A stretch of 64,000 bases of DNA from Podarcis bocagei (Eukaryota): the NCBI GenBank assembly GCA_964188305.1, contig OZ076897.1. One strand, 5' to 3'. Numbering within the stretch: position 1 is the stretch's first letter; each line of letters starts with the position of its first letter. The notes under the pieces were generated by a model. It was not told the DNA's origin. It saw nothing but the letters and a program-made list of their open reading frames with translations, and made no database searches. Shown here piece by piece: positions 37,547-48,560 of this stretch. Position numbers and translations under genes: made by a program.

Positions 37547-40400
37547 CAGTAATCAGACTTAACTCATTCTACTTGACATCACCAATCTTCCTTTTCTGCG
37601 CTGTGAATACTTTATTTCACTGAAACCCTTCATTGTCATTGTCTTAATATTTTTAAATGAGCTTTGAGCAGTAATTTATTACATTTTAATTTAGTTTGCT
37701 TGAAATGACAATGCATGATTTTGTGCATGCTGCTAGCCAACAAATTTTTTTTTGTTCCCAACGATAACAGGATTTGTGTACTTTTTTACATTTATAATTT
37801 TACTATAGAAAATCTGGATTACAGTAAGGCTTGTGTCCGAATCCAGTGTAAATGAAGCACTTAGTAGTTTCACATTCTGCACTTAAATGAGAGAGAGAGA
37901 GAGCGCTTTTGTTTCTTTGTGAAATGTCCAATCTTGTTCTGATCTTCTGTGTTTCCTAAACTATGTGAGATGTGGCATAATTCTGTGTGTTTGCAACAGA
38001 ACCAAAGCAATAATGTTTTGATGCTGAAAACTTCTGTGAGCTTTCAGATTTCCAAGGCTTGTACAAAGCAAGGATGCACTGAGAATTTAAGAGATCTTGA
38101 ACTATAATTTTTATCCCCACATCTCTTTTGTCTTAAACTATAATATGCATGAGATGGTGGCCGAAGATCTTGGTTTGTTACAGACAAGATGGGGGGGGGG
38201 GAATAGTTAAGCAGCTTCCCCCGAGAAAAATTGTACATGCAGACAATCTTTTAAAAACTGTATTACAAAGGAAAATTATAAAGTCATCTGCTTGGAGTAT
38301 TTTTAAAAAAAACAATCTAAGGGAGAACACATCTGTTACTAGAGTCTATTATCATGGCAGTTGTTGGGTACAGTGCAAGACTATTTAAATTGGACCAATT
38401 TGTGTGACTTTTGAGAGGTCTTTTCCAGTAAGCTAGTTCCTGTAAATTAACTAGCCATAAGCATAGTAAAAGGCTTAACAAAGTTTCCTCCTCCTGTCTT
38501 TTACCCCACAGCATTTTGAAGCCTGCTCTCAATATTATTGATTACCTGAAGGATGTAACTGAGCATCTTAATTCCACATTTCCATTATTTCCATGTAAAC
38601 AAATGACCAGGCCAGTCAAGATGGGTGTCCGTGTAGTGTGGGATATATCAAAAGTGCTCCAAAATGCAGCACTGTATCCAGTCATCTAAACCAATTGTTT
38701 AAGTAAATTTAGGTAGAGCAGAAAACAGTTGCTAGAATTTGAATAGGAGGTCTGTTCAGATCAGGAAGGATCTTATTGGGAGTGCATTAACATTGTGCAT
38801 CCTAAATACACTCCACAGATCTCAAAACATGCCATGTACTGCAAATATAAAATTTAGTTTGGGGTATAACAACAGTCTTGTTTATTTCCCTTCCATAACT
38901 CTCTCTCCAAATTGAGTCAGACAACACAAGTTGCATGGATCAATTTCTTTTTACATTCTGCACAGCTCTTAGTTTTTCTCTTTTTTTTAACCCCTTGCTA
39001 CTGAGATGTCAGCAGATAAATAGGCTGGCATTTTTAATGTACAAAAGGAAACTTTTGACCAGGTGAACTTGTTTGAACTTTTATCTAGAATAAAATATAT
39101 TGCAGATTCCCAATTTTGGGAAGGACAAGAATGTTATTTTTTCAAGCTCTGTGCGCTGGGTCTTCAAAGCAATGCTGGTAAGTATTGATGGTATTATGTA
39201 GCAACAACCCAGGCAGGCACTGATTAAGAGACTTTACACAGTTTAGTATCTAAATGCTAGCAAAATGGTCAAGTAGAATGCATTTCATTTACCTTATAGA
39301 CTGTAGAGCACCAAAGAACTGTTTTTTGTTATGATACATTCATGTTTGCTTCTTTTAGTGTGGCAAAGGATGCAATCCAAAGCATATTTACAAGGAAGTA
39401 AATCCCAGTGTGTTCAGCATGGCTTACTTCCAAGTAAACATGTTCAGAATTAGGCTGCAAATCTCAATCGTGCAGCCTATTTTATTATCAAGCTTAGGAG
39501 GGTAATATATATTTTCCCAGCAAAACAAGTTACGAATGAAACACTTTGCTTTAGTTTTGTTTTTTAAGCTTATGTTGCAATGTAGTTTTAAAACATCCTA
39601 TCATACATGTATGATATCTACACAGTTGAAAGCTACAAGAACAGGCATGCCGGCGAAGCCATAGCGCATATTTCTTTGAAATTTTCTTAAGCAGGGATCT
39701 TACAAAGGGCCAGAAATATGGACAGTTCACAGATGATGGTGAACAGAGCATCTATATAAAAAGTAGGAGAAAGTTTATAAAGGGCATTGGCAATAAACTG
39801 TTGCAGCTTTTTATTTTCAAGTCTTGTAAATATTCTTTCCACACGTTATGTACAGCCTTGGAATGGCACCTTTTGACTAATCCCAGACGTTTTTTCATTC
39901 CCTCTGTTTTTTATATACAAATGTGTATATATGGTGCTCACTTTAGAACAGCAGTGTTGACCATTTATGCTGCATAGCTGTAACATAGCCTTATTTAGTT
40001 GTGTATGGTTGGTTGAAACTCTGGGTGTACAGATGTTAGCTTGAGTGTTGTCTTTTTAATCCATTTATTCACCGGTGAATGATTGTGCATGTGTTGTATG
40101 TTGTATTGCGTCATGTTAAAAGGAGGGAGAGAATAACCACTACATTGAAATATATTGGACCAAACTATTATAGAACAAGTAACAGTTTCTTGTACCCCTT
40201 AAATCTGTCTTTACAAGTTGCATATAGTCAACGTAGCATATAAATTAAATATTGTGGAAAGCAACTAGTCTTGTATTTTTCTGTATGTGTATATAATGTA
40301 CCTCTAGCAACTTTATCTGTATTTAAGATGTGACAATCTTGACACAGAATTTTACAATTAGTAAAATAAAGCAGAATAAAATGGAGAAAAGCTACGTGTA
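37547..40400 (+). other. SNRK: SNRK 3'UTR
   Basis: Largely repeat-free AU-rich sequence after the stop. Tandem AATAAA at 40365-40370 and 40375-40380; other AATAAA at 39792 and 40517. The end is approximate. Confidence 0.65.
40365..40380 (+). terminator. SNRK: Tandem polyadenylation signals, probable SNRK 3' end
   Basis: AATAAAgcagAATAAA with upstream UGUA elements. Confidence 0.55.
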
Positions 40401-42511
40401 TTAGGGGGAGGGTACAGAAATACCAGTTGATCCTTGTCAATTGCTTCCAGCGATGTTTGGCTTTCTTCATTGTATAAACATTCATGGTGTGTGACAAATG
40501 GAAAAAAAATCCAGTTAATAAAAATGACCTCTTGATTGGTGCATAAATGATGTCCATGTCAACTTTATATGCTCTCTGGCCCTGAGGACACCAGAAGCTG
40601 ATGTACTGTGACTTTTTGTCAGAAGTAAAAAACAGGATTACATTTAGAGTGGCTCTCTATGCGGTCACGCATTGGAAACTGTACACGTGCAGGAAAAATT
40701 ATGGCCACTTCTGAAGTTTTCCAAAAAGCACGAGACACTCTCTCGCTAGCTCTTGTATCAACCACTCATGTGAACAGGAAGTGTCTTGTTCATTGAGTGT
40801 TAGTCATTGTGTTTTGTAACTTGAAAAAAAAGTTTTGATGAGACTACTGGAAGGAGAAAATCTGTACGGGTGTGTTTGTGGACTCTCGCTCCCCTTAAAA
40901 AAAAGGCTCCAAAGCCCATATTTTAAAATGCAAAAATTTGGGGGAGGTACTAATTGGATGACTATACTCCATATACTACCTTCCTTGGAAACAGGGTATG
41001 ACAGCATTGAATTTGCTAGCAATTCACCCAAGGCTCCAGACGATAGGACTTCACATTTGTTTAGGACGAATGCCACAAAAAATGAAATAAAAACGTAAGA
41101 TTTATTCATCATTTAAGGTTGGAAATGAAAAATCTTTATAGAAATGGAATAGCAGGAATTTAAAATTTAACTTTTTAAACTCAATCATTCATAAGACAAG
41201 TCTGAAGAAAACAGAGCTAATGGACAATATAAAATACTCGACTTTATCTGACTTGGTCAGGTTGTGGGGGCACTTAGACAGACGTGGTCAGAAGACCAAC
41301 AAATTTGACATCCTGAGATGTCTGCAAGTCCCATCTCTTCCACACACACACCCGTCCTTATATTTGAAAATAAAAGGGCTGGGTATCATGGATTAATCAA
41401 AGTTTCTTTTATCACAACCTTTTTGAAACCACCTGGCAGTCCAGAGTTAACAGAAACAAATTTACTTTATTAGGAAAGAGCTTGGAAGGATGCTAAGTAG
41501 TCTGTTAGCTGCCTCAAACCATACTGCAATTTTCCTGCCTTTGGGCTTGCAATCCAGATTTGACTACAGTCCAAAACTACTCTCTGCATACGGGTGAGAA
41601 CTGCACACAAAGTTTGCGTCTCTCTCTCTGTGCTTCCCTGCCCCTGGGTCAAGTCATCTGAAATGGCTTAGAATAAAATATTCAGCGCAGCTTCACCAGC
41701 TGAAGAGATGCTGCTTTAAAATGCTTTTTCATAAAATGGCCTCTGGTAAAGGGCGCTTTCCAGGAAAAACTCCCATGAAAGCTCTAGATTCATGTAATTT
41801 CTGTCAGTCCCCTTGAAAATTCTATGTGCAGATGAACATTGGGGCAAAATAGTTGATATGAATCAGTTCATTAATCCAGTCAACAGACCTCACACGCAAA
41901 CACACAAAATTGCATTCTACAAAACACAATGCAATTTAATCAAATAATCTATTAGTAATTTGGTATCCTGGCTACTCTAACTCTGAATGTTATTTTTCAC
42001 CACCTTTGAATATAAAGTTTATGACACAAACTAGCTAAATTCGTGTTGAGAGTAATGAAGCTACCAGTGAAAATCAATGTCATGTTTTCCTGGCTGCTAA
42101 CAGAGATATTGGATGAATTTGTGTTCTGTTTCTGTATGGTGTATAATATTTTAATGTGAAGTCTGTGGGCCTAATCAATAAATTGACAGCTAATACGAAT
42201 ATATCTTATATTCTGCAAGCATGGATATGCTTCTGGCTGCTGCTAAAGATACCCCCTCTCCCAATCCTGAGGCTGTTTAAAATGCATGAATGAACACCCC
42301 CCCCCCCAAAAAAAAACCACCTATCAATATTCACTTGCCTTCTATCAATGCTAGCTACAAGCATGGAGAAGGGTAAAAATGCCATTTTTTCATATATCTC
42401 TAGGTCATTGGCTTTTTTACTCTGGTCTCCACTTCCTCTTTTCAATGTGACCCCCCCCCCATTGTTTTAATGAATCCAAGTGGCCGATATACATAAATTT
42501 GCATGTATATA

Positions 42512-42727
42512 CAGTGGCATCTCGGTTTTCAAACGTCTCTGTTGATGAACATCTCAGTTTTCGAATGCCGTAAACCCGGAAGTAAATGCTTCGGTTTTCG
42601 AACGCGCCTCGGAAGTCTAACATGAAACGTGGCTTCTGTTTTGAGGCTTCCATATTGAGTTTTTGAATGATTTGGAACTCAAACAGTCTTCCAGAACAGA
42701 TTATGTTCAAAAACTGAGGTACCACTG
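42512..42727. mobile_element. Tc1/mariner MITE
   Basis: TA|CAGTGGCATCTC...GAGGTACCACTG. Confidence 0.75.
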
Positions 42728-45404
42728 CATATAAAGGACTGTAACCATTGCTGCTATGGCATTACGATCGCCAGTTCTACCTTGTAACCTGATTACACCA
42801 GTGTATGAGAGAGATTGCTCATATACGGTTAGGATTCACTGGGAACTTTAAGCTTAAATATCAACAGTTAACTTGTTTTTATACTGCCATCCCAACCATC
42901 TCACCTGCCTTGGTTAAAATAACTAAAGCTCCTCGGAAAACAAAAATCCTATCATTGTAGAACATAACAATACAAAGTTTTGCATTAAGTTGGGTTTTAG
43001 ATGCAAAAGTGAAATATTGCAGATTAGGCAGGTGGCCTCGGGGAAAGGAAAAGTCAAAAGGGTTTTCCACTGAAGATGGAATGGGGGTGGTGCCTCAAAA
43101 TTAGGGGCTGCTTCTCTTCTGCACCCTGAAGATAAAACCAACAACTGAAAGTGAGTGTGTGGGGAGGTATGTGTGTATATATAGCATTTATCTCAAAATG
43201 CAACTGCTGAAGAAAGGGCCAAAACGTACCAGGATTGCAGAGCTCAGAAGAGCTGGAGGCCAGCCAACCAGAAGAGGCTCTGAGGTGTTCTTGCCTGGAG
43301 ACAGAGTCAGCATCCAAAGTCAGGTCCAGTCCTAGGGGCGGGTGAACAGCAATCCATGTGGTCTAATGGTCCAGGGGTCAGGGAATCCGATGATCTTGGG
43401 GTCAAGACGAGCAGGAAGCAGCAAGATCAGGCCAGAAACTCCAAGCATTGTTGCCAGCGTCTGACTGCTGCTGGAAGCTCTGCTTAAGAAGGCTGAAGCC
43501 AGTTGGTTCTCATCAGTGCCTTCTCCTCTGAGTCCTTGAAGGCTGATCAGCTGCAGGTGGAGTCACTCTGCCTTCTCCCCCTTCAGGCTGCTGTTCAGCA
43601 GGCAAAGTTGACTCCTGGCCCTTGACACAGGGAAAGGGAGTTTAATCCTTTCCACTCCTGCTCCTCCCCTGTTGCAGTCCTCCTGAATTTGTCACGGATA
43701 GCCAACATGGTTTTGGCGATCTACAGCTGCCTTCATTCCTGATCCTTGGGTATGCTTACTGAAGCTGATGGGATCAACAACTTCTGCAAGGCACCATGTT
43801 GACATTCCTTGTAGTAGGTCCATTATGGTTTCGGGAGGAAATCCCATGCTAGCACCCACGAGGAGTTTCTTTTGAATGCAAATAGCTTCAAACTTGTGTT
43901 TTCCATCAGGGCTACACAACCGGCAAGGAAAAGGTTAAACTTTCTCTCCGCCCCCCCGATAATTATCACATTGTTAATTATCACATTAATAATTATCACT
44001 GCTGTGACTATCTACATTTTCAAAAACATGAAAGCCACAGAACTAATTGTGCCTGTGTTCAGATTGTAGAAAATGCAACCAATTGTATTTCTGATGATGC
44101 ATAACGCTCCACTGAAATGGACCAAGTTGAATTTATGTCAAGGTGATTGATCAGGTTCCCGATTTCCTGTCCATGTGCATTTCTGATCATTTCAGCTTGC
44201 GTAATATTATCCTAATGTATTTGCTCCTTTGACCTCTGCTTAAGCTTTAAAGTGGGCATATATGGATTTGCGCTGCCCTTACGTATTAACTTCTGCTAAA
44301 TTTGACCTTGAGTTTTATCCAGCCCCCTCCAGATGTGCAACTCCAAATCGTGCATTGATTGCAAGAAGAAAATACGGTTTATATTAAGTTTTCGTTTGAA
44401 AGCACAAATGTAGAGGACATTATAAAGGAGGTTTCTCTTTTCCGCACAGTGTTTCGTGTCTAAATGTAGTATTATTTGCTTGCTATGCACAATTTTACCA
44501 GGGAGATAATGCTGACCAGTGATATAGTAGAGGAGGAATGTGAAGGAACCACAGATCTGGGCCTTTTTTTCATCTGATCTGGCAAGTGAATGAGGTAGAA
44601 ATGGGGCTTCCAAGTTTTACTGTTTTTTTGTGATGGCAGAGGAAAACAGAATGAGCAAAATAATGACAAGGCGGGTCGGCAGTACTTTTCATTGATGGGT
44701 TCCTACTTCAAACTACTAGTCTAACGCTCTGTGCTTACATAGCTTGCTGCTTTCACTGGGGGACACTTTTTTCATTTATGTACCAATTACAAGGCTGCCA
44801 AAGTATCCCATCATCACCGGGGCTGATGTATTAACTACCAGTCTAGGCAGCTTCTGTTAGTGGAATGGGGAAGGGAAGATGCCCTCTCGCCCTTTGCCTT
44901 GGGCGGCAAAAGTCTTTAGTGCTACTTTGCAAGTTGGATTCTTGTCTTTTTACCTAATTAAAGCTAGGAGCTGTATTTCAGCCGCCTGCAGATTTGTATC
45001 TAAAGCTTAATGGGCTCCCAAGTTGGAGTCCTGCAGCCAGAAGATTTCAGGGAAGTGAGCCCAAGTCTCCCAAGCTAAATCCCTAATTTTACTAACCATT
45101 CCACTGCCCCATGTCCGTTTGTTTTTCTGCAGCCTGCCAGCTGATCCTAATAAATTGGGCAGAATGCTGCATACATATGGCTGATTTGCTCTCTATAATG
45201 ATGCAACATAGCTCTCTTGCTCTTTTTAGGAGTGGGGGTGGACACACACTATGGCGGAATGGCCAGGGGGCATGTTCTGCTGAGCTCTTGCCCTTCAAAG
45301 TTTACCACAGAACCATGGTTGAGAAAAGCTGCCTGGCTGTAAGGAAGGGCAATTCTCAAATACCATGAAAGGCCACTTCCTGTTCTCTCATGGTTGAAAC
45401 AAAG

Positions 45405-45535
45405 AGTTGCAGAGTTGGAAGGGACCCTGAGGATCATCTAGTCCAACCCCCTGCAATGAAGGAACACATAGCTGTCCCATATGGGGCTCGAACCTGCAAC
45501 CTTGCCGTTATCAGGACCATGCTCTAACCAACTGG
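45405..45535 (-). mobile_element. tRNA-headed SINE with CR1-like tail
   Basis: Minus strand: CAGTTGGTTAGAGC..GGTTCGAGCCCC..GGGTTGGACTAGATGATCCTCAGGGTCCCTTCCAACTCT. Confidence 0.7.
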
Positions 45536-45584
45536 ATGGCTTTGGACTACAATACACTGAATGCTGGAATACAGAATACTGAAA

Positions 45585-45643
<59 letters not shown>
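45585..45643. repeat. (ATT)n microsatellite
   Basis: Direct reading. Confidence 0.95.
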
Positions 45644-45645
<2 letters not shown>

Positions 45646-46042
45646 TGCAACTGCACAGCATGTTAAACACCGGCTTTATTAGGCTCATTTTAACTAGCAG
45701 TACTGGTGCTGGAGGAGACTCTTGAGAGTCCCATGGACTGCAAGAAGATCAGACCTCTCCATTCTTAAGGAAATCAGCCCTGAGTGCTCACTGGAAGGAC
45801 AGATTGTGAAGCTGAGGCTCCAATACTTTGGCCACCTCATGAGAAGAGAAGACTCCCTGGAAAAGACCCGGATGTTGGGAAAGATGGAGGGCACAAGGAG
45901 AAGGGGACGACAGAGGATGAGATGGCTGGACAGTGTTCTCGAAGCTACAAACATGAGTCTGACCAAACTGCGGGAGGCAGTGGAAGACAGGAGTGCCTGG
46001 CGTGCTCTGGTCCATGGGGTCACGAAGAGTTGGACACAACTA

Positions 46043-48560
46043 GGGGGGCCACTAGGGGGCGCATCGGAAGATGGCTGACAATAACATATCTCCGACCCAC
46101 ACGAGGTAATTTGGAGGCTATGATGGGGATAATTAGCCTCCTTACCCACCCCAGGATGGTGGGGGGGGGAACTGCCCTTGCCTGCTGTGCCCTACACCAC
46201 ACCCGAATTTGTGGGGGTGGGGGCACTAGGCACAAAGCCCTCCTGTGGGATTCTGGCACTCCTGGACGCCGTCTCTGATTCGCGCCACTAGCTGCAAGAA
46301 CTTCAAAAGAAACAATTTGGATGAAACTAATTGCACATTTTTCAAGGAAGAAGGGGGAGTAAAGACTGCTAACAGAAAAGATCTCTGATAAAACAATACA
46401 AGAATAAATCATGAGAACATACGCTATGGCAAATGACTGATGGGGGAGGGGGGGAAAACCTTCCTTTCTTTCCTTATGTGATTAAACAAGAATCCCCTCC
46501 CCTCACGAGTCATAAATGTCGTTTTAAGGACTTAAGCTGTGGATTTAAGACTGTGTGGAGATAAACTTTTGAACCAGAGCATGTTTTAAGAAGAGCGTGG
46601 AATGTATAAGAGCAGTGTTTCCCAACCACTGTTCCGCGGCACACTAGTGTGCCGCGAGATGTTGCCTGGTGTGCCGCAGGAAAAATTAAAAAATTCGAAA
46701 GATTTTTTTTTAAAAAAAGTCAAATTTTCGATTGGGGCGCCGTCACTAGATGACCCCTGGGGTTCCCTCCCTCCCTCCCTCCCTCTCTGCGCCTCCCTCC
46801 TCCTCCTCCTCCGGGGAGGCCCTTCCTGCTTTCGGCCAAGGCTTGGCGGCTGCCACTCACTCACTCGCTCGCCCACCCGTCCCTCCATCCCTGCACCCGG
46901 CCTCTCCCCCTCCGTCCCCGGCGCGGGGGCTGCCGGGATCCGTAGTCCCCTCGCCCTTGGGCTCCGCGCCCGCGCGGGGTGTGCAAACTACGTTTCCCAG
47001 CGTGGCCTGGCGGGCCGGGCGTTTTGTTTGAAGCGCTCTTCTCCCGGGCATGGAATGAGCGCAGCGGCGGCGGCCGGGCGGGCAGGGGCTCTTCCGCGCA
47101 GACCCCGCGCAGCCTGCCTGCGCCCCTGCGGAGATCGGGCGGCAGGATGGAGCCCGGGGATCCCCGCGGAGGCGGAGCGGCGGAGGCGGAGGCTGCCCCC
47201 CAGGTAGGGCTGCATCGGGGGGGTTATTTTTGCAATACTGCATCCACGCCGGAGGGGACGCATCGGACCGTGGGGAGACCCCTTGGCGGGCGTGCAAGGC
47301 AATGCATGCGTGCAGGCGTTGCATGGAGTGCAGTGCAATGCAATGGCAACGCGGCGCCCTGCATGCATGCATGCAACTTCCACCGGCGCTCCGGACTTGG
47401 CAGGTGAGGGGGGTCCCCAGTGGGCGGCAGAGAGAGCCGGGAGGGCGAAGGGGAGCCGGGGGGGAGCAGCGCTGCTCCCCGAGCCGAGCCCGTGGGGAAA
47501 CTTCGGCGTCGTTGCGCAGGGTGTTGGAAGCGGAGGCTGGCGGGGGCCCCTCACCTGCAAAACCTGGTCGCCTCTCATATATTTCGTGCATTGCATTCAT
47601 CGCCCGCTTTCTCCTCCAAGGAGCTCCCGGGGGGGCGCGTGGTTCTCCCCGTTATCCTCGCAACAACAGCCCTGCGAGGTGGGTCAGGCGAGTGGCCCAA
47701 GGGAGCACCCAGGGATTGTCCTGGCCAGGTGGGGTGATTTGAACCCTGCTCTCTGCCCGGTCTTCGTCCTCATTTAGCCCCCACATGTGCATGACTGTGC
47801 ATGACTGAGGTTTTCCCCCCTCGTCTTGGCTATGGTGTGAGTCTGTGCTGTTAATTAATGGGGTTCTGCCTTCAGAGAAGATGAGCCAGCCCTCAAGGAG
47901 GTGATTATGTAATTTGCTAGCAATTCATGTCCCTCCCGGCGTGACGCTGCGCGCTGACGTCACGGGGCTGTAATGGTGGTGTGCCTCGAGATTTTTTTCA
48001 TGAAACACGTGTGCCTTTGCCCAAAAAAGGTTGGGAAACACTTAATAAGAGCTCTGAAATGACACAGTTAAAAATGCCGTCGCCATATTGGGAAGCTCTG
48101 TCGGAGGACTTAAGTCTGAGAGGAGAAACAGAGAAATAGAGCTGCTTTTATATCGTGGGTGAAACTCCTCAGAGGGATTTAAGAGCGACAGATCTGTAAT
48201 TAATGATGGAAAGAGCAATGTTATCTATGAAGGCGATGATATATGGAAACCATCTCGATTTGAGGATTGGAAGAACGGAAAAATTCACACAGGATTATTA
48301 TTATTGGTGTTTATCGGCTTAAGGAGACTATTAGAAGAGATCATAAAGAAAAAAGAGAAAATATATGAACAAGATGTGATGTGGAAACAGCAAGATAAGA
48401 CTGGATAGAATTATGAACTCTGTTTGCACTGATTTGGTCTGATTTGGACATTAATGCAGTAGCAAGAAGATGATCAGAATCCCCCTTCGGATCTTGAAAA
48501 ATGGGTCCCCCCAACAAAATTTAAAATTCGGCTTTGTAATTCGGAATTTATGTGATGTGA
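46043..48560 (+). mobile_element. Non-autonomous retroelement (~1.08 kb without the nested hAT) inserted in the BovB tail
   Basis: Flanked by a 12-bp duplication TGGACACAACTA (46031-46042, 48561-48572). G-rich start with YY1-type AAGATGGC, as in L1 5'UTRs. Ends in a short (TGTGA)2 repeat. Confidence 0.7.
46613..48043. mobile_element. Non-autonomous hAT element carrying GC-rich cargo (Pack-TIR-like)
   Basis: TIRs CAGTGTTTCCCAACC / GGTTGGGAAACACTT (14/15 match), subterminal GTGTGCC repeats at both ends, 8-bp TSD TATAAGAG / AATAAGAG (7/8). Confidence 0.85.

Noticed and set aside
43180-43628. Possible degenerate Gypsy LTR (also about 3490-3791)
   Set aside because: Only one terminus (TGACA) and general composition; no TSD or PBS could be established.
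46586-47777. Long ORFs (100-247 aa) across the second CpG island, read as a resident gene
   Set aside because: GC artefacts. The island lies inside hAT TIRs nested in retroelements, and no downstream exons were found.
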